The notes beneath the pieces were generated by a model. The model was not told where the DNA came from and made no database searches. It saw only the letters and a program-made list of their open reading frames with translations. A DNA stretch of 64,000 nucleotides, taken from an uncultured delta proteobacterium (GTDB lineage Bacteria; Desulfobacterota; Binatia; UBA9968). Positions 30,109 through 39,869 of this stretch are shown piece by piece (within the stretch, counting starts at the first letter, position 1; every line of letters begins with the position of its first letter). The DNA is taken from assembly GCA_963840855.1 (NCBI GenBank), contig CAWJBB010000053.1, positions 20,996 through 84,995 on the forward strand, given 5' to 3'. A program made the translations under genes and the position numbers.

Positions 30109-31725
30109 TTAGCGCGTAACCCTAATATTCGCAGGGCGTACCCCCCGCGCTATTCCGTCGCCCTTCGTGATCAAGGCATCGATAATCAGTGCGTCATCTG
30201 TAACTTTAGCCCCGCTAGTAGTTTGCGCGCTTTTGATTTTGGCCGTGACGATCTTCCTCGCCAGGTCGGTTGTTACGGTATCGACAACTATCTTAAGTCC
30301 CGCTGCTTCGATGATTTGACCCTGGATCGAGTCGGCAAACGCTTTTAGGTTTTTTTCGTCGAGTACGAGAGGACTTTTGACCCCGGCCCCCGCGCCGCCG
30401 GGAGCTGCGGGAGGCGGAAGCGGTGATGGTGGTGTTTCGCCGGCGGGCGTCTCGACGACGCGGACTTTGGTTCGCTGCACGTTGTGCAGTGCGTCCTCGA
30501 CCCGAAGATCGTATTCGTAGATCTTAGCGTCGGCGGATGCGGCAAACGTAAATGTTCTGTCTGTGCCTACCGGCAGCACGAGCGATACGCCTTCGGCAGG
30601 TTGAGGTTCGAGTCTCGAGATAAACGGGGCTTTGCCACCGACGGCGGTGACGCTCGCGATTTTGCCTCGCGGCAACGTTAGCCCAGTCGGAGGATCCAGG
30701 GTAAAAGCGAGCTCGACTTCCTCGACCCCGCATTTCTTTAGGGTCTCGGTCGGCTTGTAACGGACGGCGCTGTCCACGATTGCCTGTACCCGATCGGTCT
30801 CGACGGACAGTTGACTGACTGCGATGTTCATGTCCTTTAGCTCACTATCCAGCTTTGCCTGAAGCTCGTCCCGTCGCTGCGGTAAGGCACTCTGCGGCTG
30901 GTCTTTCGCCGCGCTAGGGGGCCCTAATAGTTCGGCTGCCTTTCCCGACGTGGGCACGAGGGTCCGCGCAGTTTGGCCGAGCCCCTGGACCAAGACGCGA
31001 AGGCTGTCCACATCCGGCTGCGTTCTTTTGAGCTGCTGTGTGACCAAAGTATCGATCTCGCCGATCTTTGTGCTCAGCAACTCGCCGGCCCGCTCGTGCA
31101 GATCCAGCAGCGCATAGCCGTCCTTCAGAGCTTGTTGAGCGCGGGCGATCACTTCCCTGGCCGAAGCGAGGCTCTGCGCCGCAGCGCTCGATTGAAGCGT
31201 TGGCGCGTCAAGATCGATCTCAGCGATAAGGCGCGCCACTTCTCGGGCGTGCCCCTCGGCTTTAGCGCCATGTTTGCTGATTTCGTCGAGGCCATTTTTG
31301 AGGCTCGCCTTGTCGATCTTCAGTGGAAGCACGGCTTGCACTGCGCAGGTGATGCCGTTCATGCCGGCGATGTAAACGTCCTGCCGCAAGGGATTGTTGA
31401 ACCATTGCCCCAATGTGAATGCTCCTGCGCCGGCGAGCGCCAAGTATCCAATGGTCTGGGGGTGTGCCCCCCCGATACCGGCTCCAATCGTGCCGGCACC
31501 GAGCGGAATCAGCGCCATGGCTAGCACATTGGGCACAGTCGTGTAAGTTGCCATGCCCTTTTTGTATGCCTCCCGGCCGTCGTTGGCGTACTTGATGGCC
31601 TGGTCCAGTGTGGTAGGCGGGTCGGGTCTCTGCCAGGTGACGTGTGGATTGATGAGTGCGCAGCCTTCAAGCACCAGAATAGCTAGCGTCGCGACAATTC
31701 CACTCAGTTTAACCTTCTTACTCAT
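30109..31725 (-). CDS. hypothetical lipoprotein with coiled coils and C-terminal beta domains
   Basis: lipobox LEG-C; Gly/Ala-rich hydrophobic hairpin; Pro-rich linker. Confidence 0.7.
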   Translation of the reverse strand: MSKKVKLSGIVATLAILVLEGCALINPHVTWQRPDPPTTLDQAIKYANDGREAYKKGMATYTTVPNVLAMALIPLGAGTIGAGIGGAHPQTIGYLALAGAGAFTLGQWFNNPLRQDVYIAGMNGITCAVQAVLPLKIDKASLKNGLDEISKHGAKAEGHAREVARLIAEIDLDAPTLQSSAAAQSLASAREVIARAQQALKDGYALLDLHERAGELLSTKIGEIDTLVTQQLKRTQPDVDSLRVLVQGLGQTARTLVPTSGKAAELLGPPSAAKDQPQSALPQRRDELQAKLDSELKDMNIAVSQLSVETDRVQAIVDSAVRYKPTETLKKCGVEEVELAFTLDPPTGLTLPRGKIASVTAVGGKAPFISRLEPQPAEGVSLVLPVGTDRTFTFAASADAKIYEYDLRVEDALHNVQRTKVRVVETPAGETPPSPLPPPAAPGGAGAGVKSPLVLDEKNLKAFADSIQGQIIEAAGLKIVVDTVTTDLARKIVTAKIKSAQTTSGAKVTDDALIIDALITKGDGIARGVRPANIRVTR

Positions 31726-31853
31726 ATAATTCCTTCAATCACCATTGAGACAAGGTAGTTCGCCGCTATGCTCTCGAACAAAACCGTCACAGTATCGGAC
31801 TCCCCCTAAAGTTGCATTGCGCTTGTCGTGTGATTGACTGACCGCGATTTGTA

Positions 31854-31870
31854 AGCAATCTTAGGTCCAG
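31854..31870 (-). promoter_or_regulatory. possible sigma-54 promoter
   Basis: minus strand CTGGACCTAAGATTGCT, GG-N10-GC. Confidence 0.45.
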
Positions 31871-31966
31871 GCAGGTCGTGCCAACGACGGATGACACCCC
31901 ACCATAGTTCTTGCCTGGTTACCCGTGTTAGTGGCGTTGGTCCATGTGCGACGATGGCGGCGAGAA

Positions 31967-31997
31967 AACGTTGTTCACAAAAGCTGTGAACAGCGTT
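31967..31997. promoter_or_regulatory. inverted repeat, candidate activator binding site
   Basis: TGTTCACA-aaagc-TGTGAACA about 100 bp upstream of the possible sigma-54 site. Confidence 0.4.
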
Positions 31998-32182
31998 GCA
32001 TGCTGTAAACTCAGGTTTCCTTTGTGCTCACACCCGCCAAGACATTGGTTATTCTTTTGGTCGGCTGTGAAAATTTTGTCGAATGAAAAATGTTTATAAG
32101 TCAGATAGTTGATTTTCGAATAACTCTTGACGCCAAGCCGTCTATTGGACTCTCGCCTTTAGATCCGTTGTGGTCCGTCCCG

Positions 32183-32992
32183 CTAAGTTATCTTCAGCAG
32201 CCTTTTAATGTTGCCCGACATGATCAGGCGAAGATCTTCGATCTTGAGCTTTAGGTGGCGCTGGGCGTGTTTGACGATCTTCTCGATCTCCCAGTCCATC
32301 GGGTTGAAGGGATGATCCGAGCCGTAAAGAACCCGGTCGGCCCCGGCCCAGGCAATCGATTCGCAGAAGAACGGCAGCCAGCCGACGCCCGAGCTGTCCA
32401 TGTGAACGTTTTCACATTTCTTGGCGATCTCGACGACGTCCCTTACGCCTTCGACGAGGCCCGAATGGCCCATGATGATGGGCAGCTTGGGAAAATCCCT
32501 GGCCACTTCGCCAATGCGTTTGGGACTGGCGTCCTCTCCCAAGCCGCAGTGAAAAAGAACGGTCAAGCCGTGGTGCTCAGCGGCTGCCATTAAAGGATAG
32601 ACTTTTTCTTTATCGTTGGCCGGGCAGTGCTCTATGAGCGGGTGGATCTTGATCCCTTTGAGCCCGAGCTTCACGCCTTCCTCGAGCACCTGAAGGGTGT
32701 CTTTGGGACCGTTGCCCGGGCTGAGCCTCATGAAGCCGTGAATTCTCCCCGAATGTTTCTTCATCTGCTCGGAGATGTACTGGTTAGTTTCCCGGTAATC
32801 CGATGGCTCGCCGATGCCGATGGCGAAGGTGACGACGCCATCGACGCCGGCGTCGTCCATCGACTGGAGCATATCTTCCGCCATGAATTTCATGATCGGC
32901 GGAATCTGGTGAATGGCGAGCTTTTTCCGTGCCCCCATGTGGGAGTGCGCGTCGATGACCTCGATTTTTTCTCCCTCGACGTTAACCATCAT
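32183..32992 (-). CDS. amidohydrolase 2 family metallohydrolase
   Basis: IDAHSH, GIKIHP, LFHCG, MGHSG, YGSDHP. Confidence 0.88.
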   Translation of the reverse strand: MMVNVEGEKIEVIDAHSHMGARKKLAIHQIPPIMKFMAEDMLQSMDDAGVDGVVTFAIGIGEPSDYRETNQYISEQMKKHSGRIHGFMRLSPGNGPKDTLQVLEEGVKLGLKGIKIHPLIEHCPANDKEKVYPLMAAAEHHGLTVLFHCGLGEDASPKRIGEVARDFPKLPIIMGHSGLVEGVRDVVEIAKKCENVHMDSSGVGWLPFFCESIAWAGADRVLYGSDHPFNPMDWEIEKIVKHAQRHLKLKIEDLRLIMSGNIKRLLKIT

Positions 32993-33011
32993 GCGCTCCG
33001 CAAAAGACCGC

Positions 33012-33060
33012 GTTCCGCGGGTTCCAATCGTTCAAAATGTTTCCATCGTTCCAAACGTTT
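33012..33060. repeat. nonamer array (GTTCxAxxC), single arm
   Basis: gttccaatc gttcaaaat gtttccatc gttccaaac. Confidence 0.75.
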
Positions 33061-33127
33061 GTAAGAGCAAGCTTGCCACGGAGACGCAGGATTCACGCGA
33101 AATGATAAAAATTCTTCTCCGTAATTC

Positions 33128-34153
33128 TCATACTCCCCCGAATCCCTCATCCTGCGCTTCGGCCAACAACCACGGATCTTTGATTTCCGTCGTCGGGCCT
33201 TTGCCGCTCAGTACATTGGCCACTTCCCGGGCGGCGTGGGTTTGGCAGTCGACATAAGATTCGTCGGAGTTCGCCGCGGTGTGGCAGGTGACGATGACGT
33301 TCTGCAAAGTGAGGAGTTTGTGATCCGCAGGCAGCGGTTCGGGCTCGGTGACGTCGAGGGCCGCGCCGGCGAGCTCGCCGGCGACCAGGGCATCGAACAA
33401 CGCGTCGGAATCCACCAGGCCGCCGCGGGCGCAGTTGATTAGATAAGCGGTGTTCTTCATCGCTTTGAACTGCGGCGTGCTGAACATATTGCGCGTTTGT
33501 TTGGTCAGCGGCGCGTGCAGGCTGATGAAATCGGAAGTGGCGATCAGCTCGTCTAACGGCACCATCTTCACGCCCATCTTTTCGGCGATCTTCGGATCGA
33601 GATAGGGATCGAAGGTCTGGACATTTAGCCGCATGCCCTGGGCGCGCGGCGCGACTTGCTTGCCGACATGGCCCAGCCCGACGATTCCCATGGTGCGTCC
33701 TTGAATCCGATAAACCCGGCCGCGGTAGGCGTGGAGTTCCGCTGTGTGGCGGCGCCATTTGCCGTCATGCACGTACTGATTCATGCGCACGAGCTTGCGT
33801 GAAATCGCGATCAGCAGGCCGATGGCCTGCTCCGCCACCTCGATGGAATTGCATCCCGCGGCATTGCAAATGATCATGCCGTGATCTTTCGCGGCCTTGA
33901 GATCCATGCGGTCGACGCCGACGCCAGTGCGGCAGACGACTTTAACCCGTTTCAATTGTGAAATAATCTCGCGCGAGAGCGGCACCGATCCATGCATGAT
34001 GATGCCGTCGGCGTCCTTGGCCATTTCCACCACGTCGGCGTCGCTGGTGGGCCGTCTGATCGTCATGTCGGCGTCGATCTCGGCGAGGATCGGCTTGATC
34101 AAATGCACCGGCACTTCGTTGCTGCCAAAGTAAACGACGTGAAACTTGGCCAT
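33128..34153 (-). CDS. D-2-hydroxyacid dehydrogenase family
   Basis: GVGVD, GLGHVG, NCARG, DVTEPEP, HTA. Confidence 0.9.
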   Translation of the reverse strand: MAKFHVVYFGSNEVPVHLIKPILAEIDADMTIRRPTSDADVVEMAKDADGIIMHGSVPLSREIISQLKRVKVVCRTGVGVDRMDLKAAKDHGMIICNAAGCNSIEVAEQAIGLLIAISRKLVRMNQYVHDGKWRRHTAELHAYRGRVYRIQGRTMGIVGLGHVGKQVAPRAQGMRLNVQTFDPYLDPKIAEKMGVKMVPLDELIATSDFISLHAPLTKQTRNMFSTPQFKAMKNTAYLINCARGGLVDSDALFDALVAGELAGAALDVTEPEPLPADHKLLTLQNVIVTCHTAANSDESYVDCQTHAAREVANVLSGKGPTTEIKDPWLLAEAQDEGFGGV

Positions 34154-34329
34154 GTAACTACACCTCCAGACTATAAAGGCGCTTGGGATTGTCCCATCAA
34201 CTTTTCATAAATAGGACGAGTTAGTAGCGCGAGTCAACCGGAGTGTTGCAGGCTCGAGGCGAGAGGCCGCAGGCGCGGCTTATTCATGCGAGGACAGCGT
34301 GTGGAACTAGTTAACTTTCGGTGAATCGG

Positions 34330-34393
34330 GTTCAAAACGTTCAAGCTGTTCAAGCCGTTCAAAAACGTTTGGAACGGTTTGAACGGCTGGAAC
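34330..34393. repeat. inverted nonamer array pair
   Basis: 4 x GTTCAANNC followed directly by gtttggaac ggtttgaac ggctggaac. Confidence 0.88.
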
Positions 34394-34473
34394 TCTGATG
34401 AGGTGCTTCGGCCCCGCGGAACCTCGCTACATAGACTGCGCACGCGGAGTCGTAGTAAATTGAGCACGCTGCC

Positions 34474-36156
34474 ATGAACGTCCGACACACGCGTTTGATC
34501 ACGGGTTTCACCTTGCTTACCTACCTGGCGACTCATTTGCTCAATCACGCGCTTGGTTTGATCTCGCTGGAAGCCATGGAAATCGGGCGCCTATGGTTTC
34601 TGGCGTTTTGGCGAAACCCTCTGGCAACCGCGGCGCTCTATGCCTCGTTCCTCGTGCATTTTGGCCTGGCGCTCTGGTCGCTATACCAACGTCATCATTT
34701 GCGAATGCCTCTCTGGGAAGCGCTCCAGCTCAGCCTCGGCCTTTGTATTCCGCTTTTACTTGCTGCGCACTTTGCCGGCACTCGGTTGGCGCACGGCTGG
34801 TATGGCGTCGAGGACAGCTACTCGAAAATCGTTCTTACCTTGTGGAAACTAAGCCCAATCCATGGTTGGAGACAGTCGATTCTCATCCTGATCGCCTGGA
34901 TTCATGGCTGCATCGGATTTCATTTCTGGTTGCGGCTGCGTCCCTGGTACTCCCGTTACGCGCAAACTTTTTTTGCCCTAGCATTGCTTCTGCCGGTGCT
35001 GGCCCTGCTTGGGTTTGCCCAAGCCGGCCGTGAGATTGATCACTTGATTGATCGAGATCCAGGTTGGATCGAACGGACAGAGCGAGCGTCTAAGTCTCTT
35101 GGCTCGGGACAAGGACAGGATCTGGTAACCGTTCGCGATGGAATCATATATGGGTTTTGGTTGTGTCTTGGCGGCGTGTGGATTGCACGGACCATCCGGC
35201 ACACCTATCAGAGACGCCGGAGAATTCGGGTCATCTATCCGGGAAACCGCGAGGTCCAAGTGCCGCGCGGCTTCAGCGTTCTTGAAGCGAGCCGTTTCGC
35301 GCGCATTGCCCACGCTTCCGTTTGCGGCGGCCGCGGCCGCTGCTCGACCTGCCGGGTGCGCGTGGTGCCCCCTATGTCCGCGTTGCCGCCGCCGAGCTCC
35401 GCGGAACAAAGAGTCTTGCAGCGGGTGGGCGCGCCGCCCAATGTGCGGCTGGCTTGCCAGCTTCGCCCAACCGCGGATCTGTCGGTTATCCCGTTGTTGC
35501 CCGCGCATGCAGCGGCGAGCGACGGTTACGCGCAACCGGCTTATCTTGCCGGCCAGGAGCGCGCCATCGCCGTGTTGTTCGCAGACTTGCGGACCTTCAC
35601 CGGTATCGCGGAACGAAAACTGCCCTACGATCTGGTGTTTCTCTTGAACAGCTACTTTGACGCTGTGGGTAATGCGATCACAAGCGGCGGTGGCATCGTC
35701 GACAAATTTATCGGCGATGGGGTTATGGCGCTGTTCGGAGTCGAGACCACTCTTGAAATGGCTTGCCGGCAAGCGTTAGCCGCGGCCCATGTCATGGTCA
35801 GAGAAGTCGAGGTTCTCAGCCAAAAGCTCGCGGTGGAGTTGCCTGTGCCACTGAAAATCGGTATCGGGATACATAGCGGCCCGGCGATTGTAGGGCGGAT
35901 GGGCTTTGGCTCTAACGTTCACCTCACCGCCATCGGCGATACCGTCAATGTTGCAAGCCGCCTGCAAGATTTGACCAAGGAATATGGTTGCCAGCTGGTG
36001 ATCTCGGAGCAGGTGGCAATGCACGCCGGTCTCGATCCATCGATCTTGCCGCGCCATGAGCTGACCGTCAGAAATCGAGTGGAGCCGCTGGCTATCTTCG
36101 TGGTCGACGAAATTGAATCAATCGTGAAAGAGTTGAGCGCCATGGATAAAAGATGA
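34474..36156 (+). CDS. CyaC-like adenylate cyclase (His-bearing membrane anchor, 2Fe-2S ferredoxin domain, class III cyclase)
   Basis: transmembrane His residues; CGGRGRCSTC...RLACQ; FADLRTFT, DKFIGD, GDTVNVASRL. Confidence 0.88.
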   Translation: MNVRHTRLITGFTLLTYLATHLLNHALGLISLEAMEIGRLWFLAFWRNPLATAALYASFLVHFGLALWSLYQRHHLRMPLWEALQLSLGLCIPLLLAAHFAGTRLAHGWYGVEDSYSKIVLTLWKLSPIHGWRQSILILIAWIHGCIGFHFWLRLRPWYSRYAQTFFALALLLPVLALLGFAQAGREIDHLIDRDPGWIERTERASKSLGSGQGQDLVTVRDGIIYGFWLCLGGVWIARTIRHTYQRRRRIRVIYPGNREVQVPRGFSVLEASRFARIAHASVCGGRGRCSTCRVRVVPPMSALPPPSSAEQRVLQRVGAPPNVRLACQLRPTADLSVIPLLPAHAAASDGYAQPAYLAGQERAIAVLFADLRTFTGIAERKLPYDLVFLLNSYFDAVGNAITSGGGIVDKFIGDGVMALFGVETTLEMACRQALAAAHVMVREVEVLSQKLAVELPVPLKIGIGIHSGPAIVGRMGFGSNVHLTAIGDTVNVASRLQDLTKEYGCQLVISEQVAMHAGLDPSILPRHELTVRNRVEPLAIFVVDEIESIVKELSAMDKR

Positions 36157-36174
36157 GACAAGGAGAGGAAACAT

Positions 36175-37327
36175 ATGAAACGCAGCAGTGAGCGAATTCT
36201 CGTGACCCATGTCGGCAGTCTGGCGCGGCCGCAGGACCTGATGGAAATGCTCGTGGCGAGAAACGAGGGTAGTCCTTACAATTCGGACGCGCTCGCCAGG
36301 CGGACAAGGGAAGCCGTGGGTGAGGTCGTGCAAAAGCAGATCGAGTGTGGCGTCGATATCGTCAACGACGGCGAGTTGGGGAAATCGAATTTCTCCCGCT
36401 ACACGCGCGAACGGTTGGGCGGGTTCGTCGAGCGCCCGGCCGATTCTAACTTCAAACCGACGTCGATTTTTGGCCGCGACATGGTTGAGTTCACCGAATA
36501 TTTCAATCGCGGCGGACGGACTTCCATCGGCCATCACGCAAGGGTCTTTTACTGCGTGGAGCCGCTCAAGTATGTCGGCCAAGACGAAGTGAAATCAGAC
36601 ATCGAGAATCTAAAAGCCGCGCTCCAGGGGAAAAAAATCGAAGAGGCGTTCTTGCCTGCCATTGCGCCCGGCACTATGGAGCACTGGATGAAAAACGAGT
36701 ACTACCCGAGCGACGAAGCCTATCTCTTCGCCATCGCCGAGGCGATGCGCGAAGAGTATCAAGCGATCATTGACGCTGGTTTCGTTCTCCAGATCGACGA
36801 TCCAGACCTGGCGGATGCCTGGCAGATGCATCCAGCAGATGAGCGTGGCCGATTACCGCAAATATCAAGAGATGCGCATCGACGCGCTGAATCATGGCTT
36901 GAAGGATTTGCCCGTCGACCGCATCCGCTTTCACATGTGCTGGGGCAGTTATCATGGCCCGCACAAGTACGATATCCCGTTGAAGGATATCGCCGATCTT
37001 ATTCTAAAAGTGCGCGCTGGGGCGTATTCCATCGAGGCTTCCAACCCTCGCCATGACCACGAGTGGCGCGTGTGGAAAGAGGTCAAGCTTCCCGAAGATA
37101 AGGTGCTCATCCCCGGTGTCGTCGGTCATTGCAGCGATTTCATCGAGCATCCGCGCGCCATCGCCGATCGGCTCGTGCGCTACGCGGAAATCGTGGGCCG
37201 GGAAAACGTCATCGCCGGCACCGATTGCGGTATTGGTTCGCGGGTCGGCCATCCCCAGGTCGGCTGGGCGAAGTTTCAAGCGATGGCCGAGGGCGCACGG
37301 CTGGCGACCAAGGAACTTTGGGGGTAA
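36175..37327 (+). CDS. cobalamin-independent methionine synthase II family (core type); +1 frameshift near 36834
   Basis: THVGSL, DGE, LQIDDP, HMCWG, E, DCG zinc ligands split across two frames. Confidence 0.85.
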
Positions 37328-37334
37328 TCGATTG

Positions 37335-37472
37335 GTTCAAAGTTCAAGGTTCAATGTTCAAAGTACGAGCCCTCGTTCAATGGAGTTATGAATTGGGTTT
37401 AACGTTCAAAGCTCAAAATGACAAGAACTTGTTGCAACGGCGGGTCCGAATCCGATACCTTGAACTTTGAAC
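37335..37472. repeat. inverted GTTCAAN heptamer arrays with about 95 bp spacer
   Basis: 4 x GTTCAAN ... cttgaac tttgaac. Confidence 0.8.
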
Positions 37473-37492
37473 TCACATAAAGGAGCAGTACC

Positions 37493-38467
37493 ATGAAAAT
37501 CGCCGTCATTGACGACTATCAGAACGCGTTCAAAACGCTTAAATGCTACGCCAAGCTCAGCGGCCACGAAGTGACCGCCTTTACGGATACGGAGACAGAT
37601 CCGGCGCGCCTTGCCGAGCGGTTGAAGGACGCCGAGGTTCTCGTGTTGACGCAACAGCGTTCGAGTTTTCCGCGCGCGGTGATCGAACGGTTGCCCAATC
37701 TGAAATTGATCAGCCAGACCGGCTCCGGCACGGCGCATATCGACGTGGCGGCCTGCACGGAACGGGGAATCGCCGTGGCGGCCGGGGGATCGGGCAGGTC
37801 GAATGCGACGGCGGAGCTGACATGGGCGTTGATCTTGAGCGCTCTGCGCAATGTTCCCTATGAGGTCAAGCAGTTAAAAGAGGGGCGCTGGCAGTCAACC
37901 GCGGGCGTGGAGATTAAAGATAAGACGCTGGGAATTTACGCCTACGGAAAAATCGGCTCCATCGTCGCCGGGGTCGGCAAGGCGTTCGGCGCGCGCGTCG
38001 TTTGCTGGGGACGGGAGGGATCGACGAAACGCGCGCGCGAAGCGGGCTTCGAAGTGGCGGCGAGCCGGGAGGCATTCTTCGCCGGCGCCGATATTCTCAG
38101 TTTGCACCTGCCGCTCAATAAAGAAACCCGCGGCATCGTCACCCGCGACGATCTGGCGCGCATGAAAACCACCGCGCTGTTTGTCAACCCGAGCCGCTCC
38201 GGGCTGGTTGCTGAAGGCGCGCTGGAAGACGCGCTCAAGGCCGGGCGGCCCGGCTTCGCCGCGGTCGATGTGTACGGAAAAGAGCCGATCATCGGCGCCG
38301 ACCATCCCTTGCTGAAGATGGATAACGCAACTTGCACGCCGCATCTCGGCTACGTAACGAGGGAGGCCTATGAGCAATACTACGGCTTTGTCGTCGATCA
38401 CATTGTCGCCTTCGCTGCGGGCAAACCGACTAACATCGTGAATCCCGAGGCATTAGGAAAGAAATAA
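37493..38467 (+). CDS. D-2-hydroxyacid dehydrogenase family
   Basis: VIDDYQ, GKIG, SLHLPL, DVYGKEP, TPHLGY. Confidence 0.9.
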   Translation: MKIAVIDDYQNAFKTLKCYAKLSGHEVTAFTDTETDPARLAERLKDAEVLVLTQQRSSFPRAVIERLPNLKLISQTGSGTAHIDVAACTERGIAVAAGGSGRSNATAELTWALILSALRNVPYEVKQLKEGRWQSTAGVEIKDKTLGIYAYGKIGSIVAGVGKAFGARVVCWGREGSTKRAREAGFEVAASREAFFAGADILSLHLPLNKETRGIVTRDDLARMKTTALFVNPSRSGLVAEGALEDALKAGRPGFAAVDVYGKEPIIGADHPLLKMDNATCTPHLGYVTREAYEQYYGFVVDHIVAFAAGKPTNIVNPEALGKK

Positions 38468-38473
38468 GTTCCC

Positions 38474-38646
38474 GTTCAAAACGTTCAAATCGTTCAAGCC
38501 GTTCAAAACGTTTTGAACCAACAGTTGTGGTTTCCAGAGTTTCATCTCGCGTGCGCGCCTACCGGTTCAACGGCGGAATCCTGATTCAAACCGGGCGAGA
38601 CGGTTTGAACGGAGCGCAGCGGTTGAACGACTTGAACGATTTGAAC
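38474..38646. repeat. inverted nonamer arrays between convergent genes
   Basis: 4 x GTTCAANNC ... ggtttgaac, cggttgaac gacttgaac gatttgaac. Confidence 0.85.
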
Positions 38647-38655
38647 CACCGATAA

Positions 38656-39637
38656 TTACGGCCGCCAGCCGGCTTTCGTCAGTTCCTCGTCGGCTTTCTT
38701 CGCGAAGCTGAAATCGTAGGCGCGCTGGATCGGCACTTCTTTGGTCACTTTCGTGACCAGGCGAACGATGTCGAGATCGTTCTTTTGGGTTTCCTCGTCG
38801 ACGACGCCATTGGTCGTAAAGGTGCCGATCGTGTCGTCGTAAGTGCGCTCCGCCAGTTCTTTCTTCAATTCGGAAAACTTTACGATGGCATTGACCGCTA
38901 CTTCGCGATTCTGCCGGACCAGGCGCAAGGCCTTCACTAGCGCGCGCATAACTCCGAGCATCACTTTGGGCTGCTCTTTGATGAAGCGATCGTTGGTTGC
39001 CACGGTCCCCCAGGAATTCTTCACTTCTTTGCCTAGATACATGATTTCTTTCATGCCCTGCTCGAGGGCCGGATAGCGATCGTCCGTGCCCATGAGCCCC
39101 GCGTCCACGGTGCCCGCCATGAGCGCGGTAAGGCGCTCGCCCGAACCCATGCCGAGAAACGTCACATCCTTATTTGCGTCCAGCCCATATTGGGGCGCGA
39201 CCTTTTTCAGCATGAAGGTCGCGACGGCGGCGACGCTGGTCACGGCGATTCTCTTATTCTTCAATTCTTTCAGGCTGCTGTACTGCGGCCGGACCATGAG
39301 CCACTGCAAGCACCTGGTCGTTGACGGCCAACACGGTTTTGAGCGGCGCATTGCCGTTCGTGACGGCGACCAGGGCGCTGCTGCCGGAGCCGGTGAAATG
39401 CATGTCTCCGGCAACCACGGATTGAATGCCGACGGTGGATGCCATGATCGCGATATTGAGATCGATCCCTTCCTCGGCCATGTAGCCGCGCTCCTTGGCG
39501 AGGGGAAAAATTACGAATTGAAACGACTTCGACGGCAAGGTGACGTGGATCTTCTCAAGGGCGAATGCCGATTTGCCGGGAAGCAGCAAAGCGCCGACTA
39601 CTAACGACCAAACTATCATCTTAATGAATTTCGTCAT
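38656..39637 (-). CDS. ABC substrate-binding protein (NMT1/TauA-like); +1 frameshift near 39309
   Basis: signal peptide, AKERGYMAEEGID, LKELKNKRIAV, GTVDA; deleting one base gives NDQVLQWLMVRP. Confidence 0.85.
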
Positions 39638-39869
39638 TATTCATTCCCTCCTATTGACTCAAATCGATACGGACCGGGTTGGGACGGAACCGGGCACGAT
39701 CCGCATTATAGGCAGCGTGAATTTTTCTTGTCGAGGGCCGGAGGGGTAAAACAATTCGCCAGGGATTCGTATTCGCCTGCCCTCGACGGCGCGCGCCCGA
39801 CTGTTGCTCGCACGGAGCGGATGCGGTTATAAGTTGGCGAGCATCAGCAAAGCTTGGAGGGTTTTTCCT

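Noticed and set aside
31875-31886. TGGCACG as a second sigma-54 site
   Set aside because: No GC at the required 10-nt spacing.
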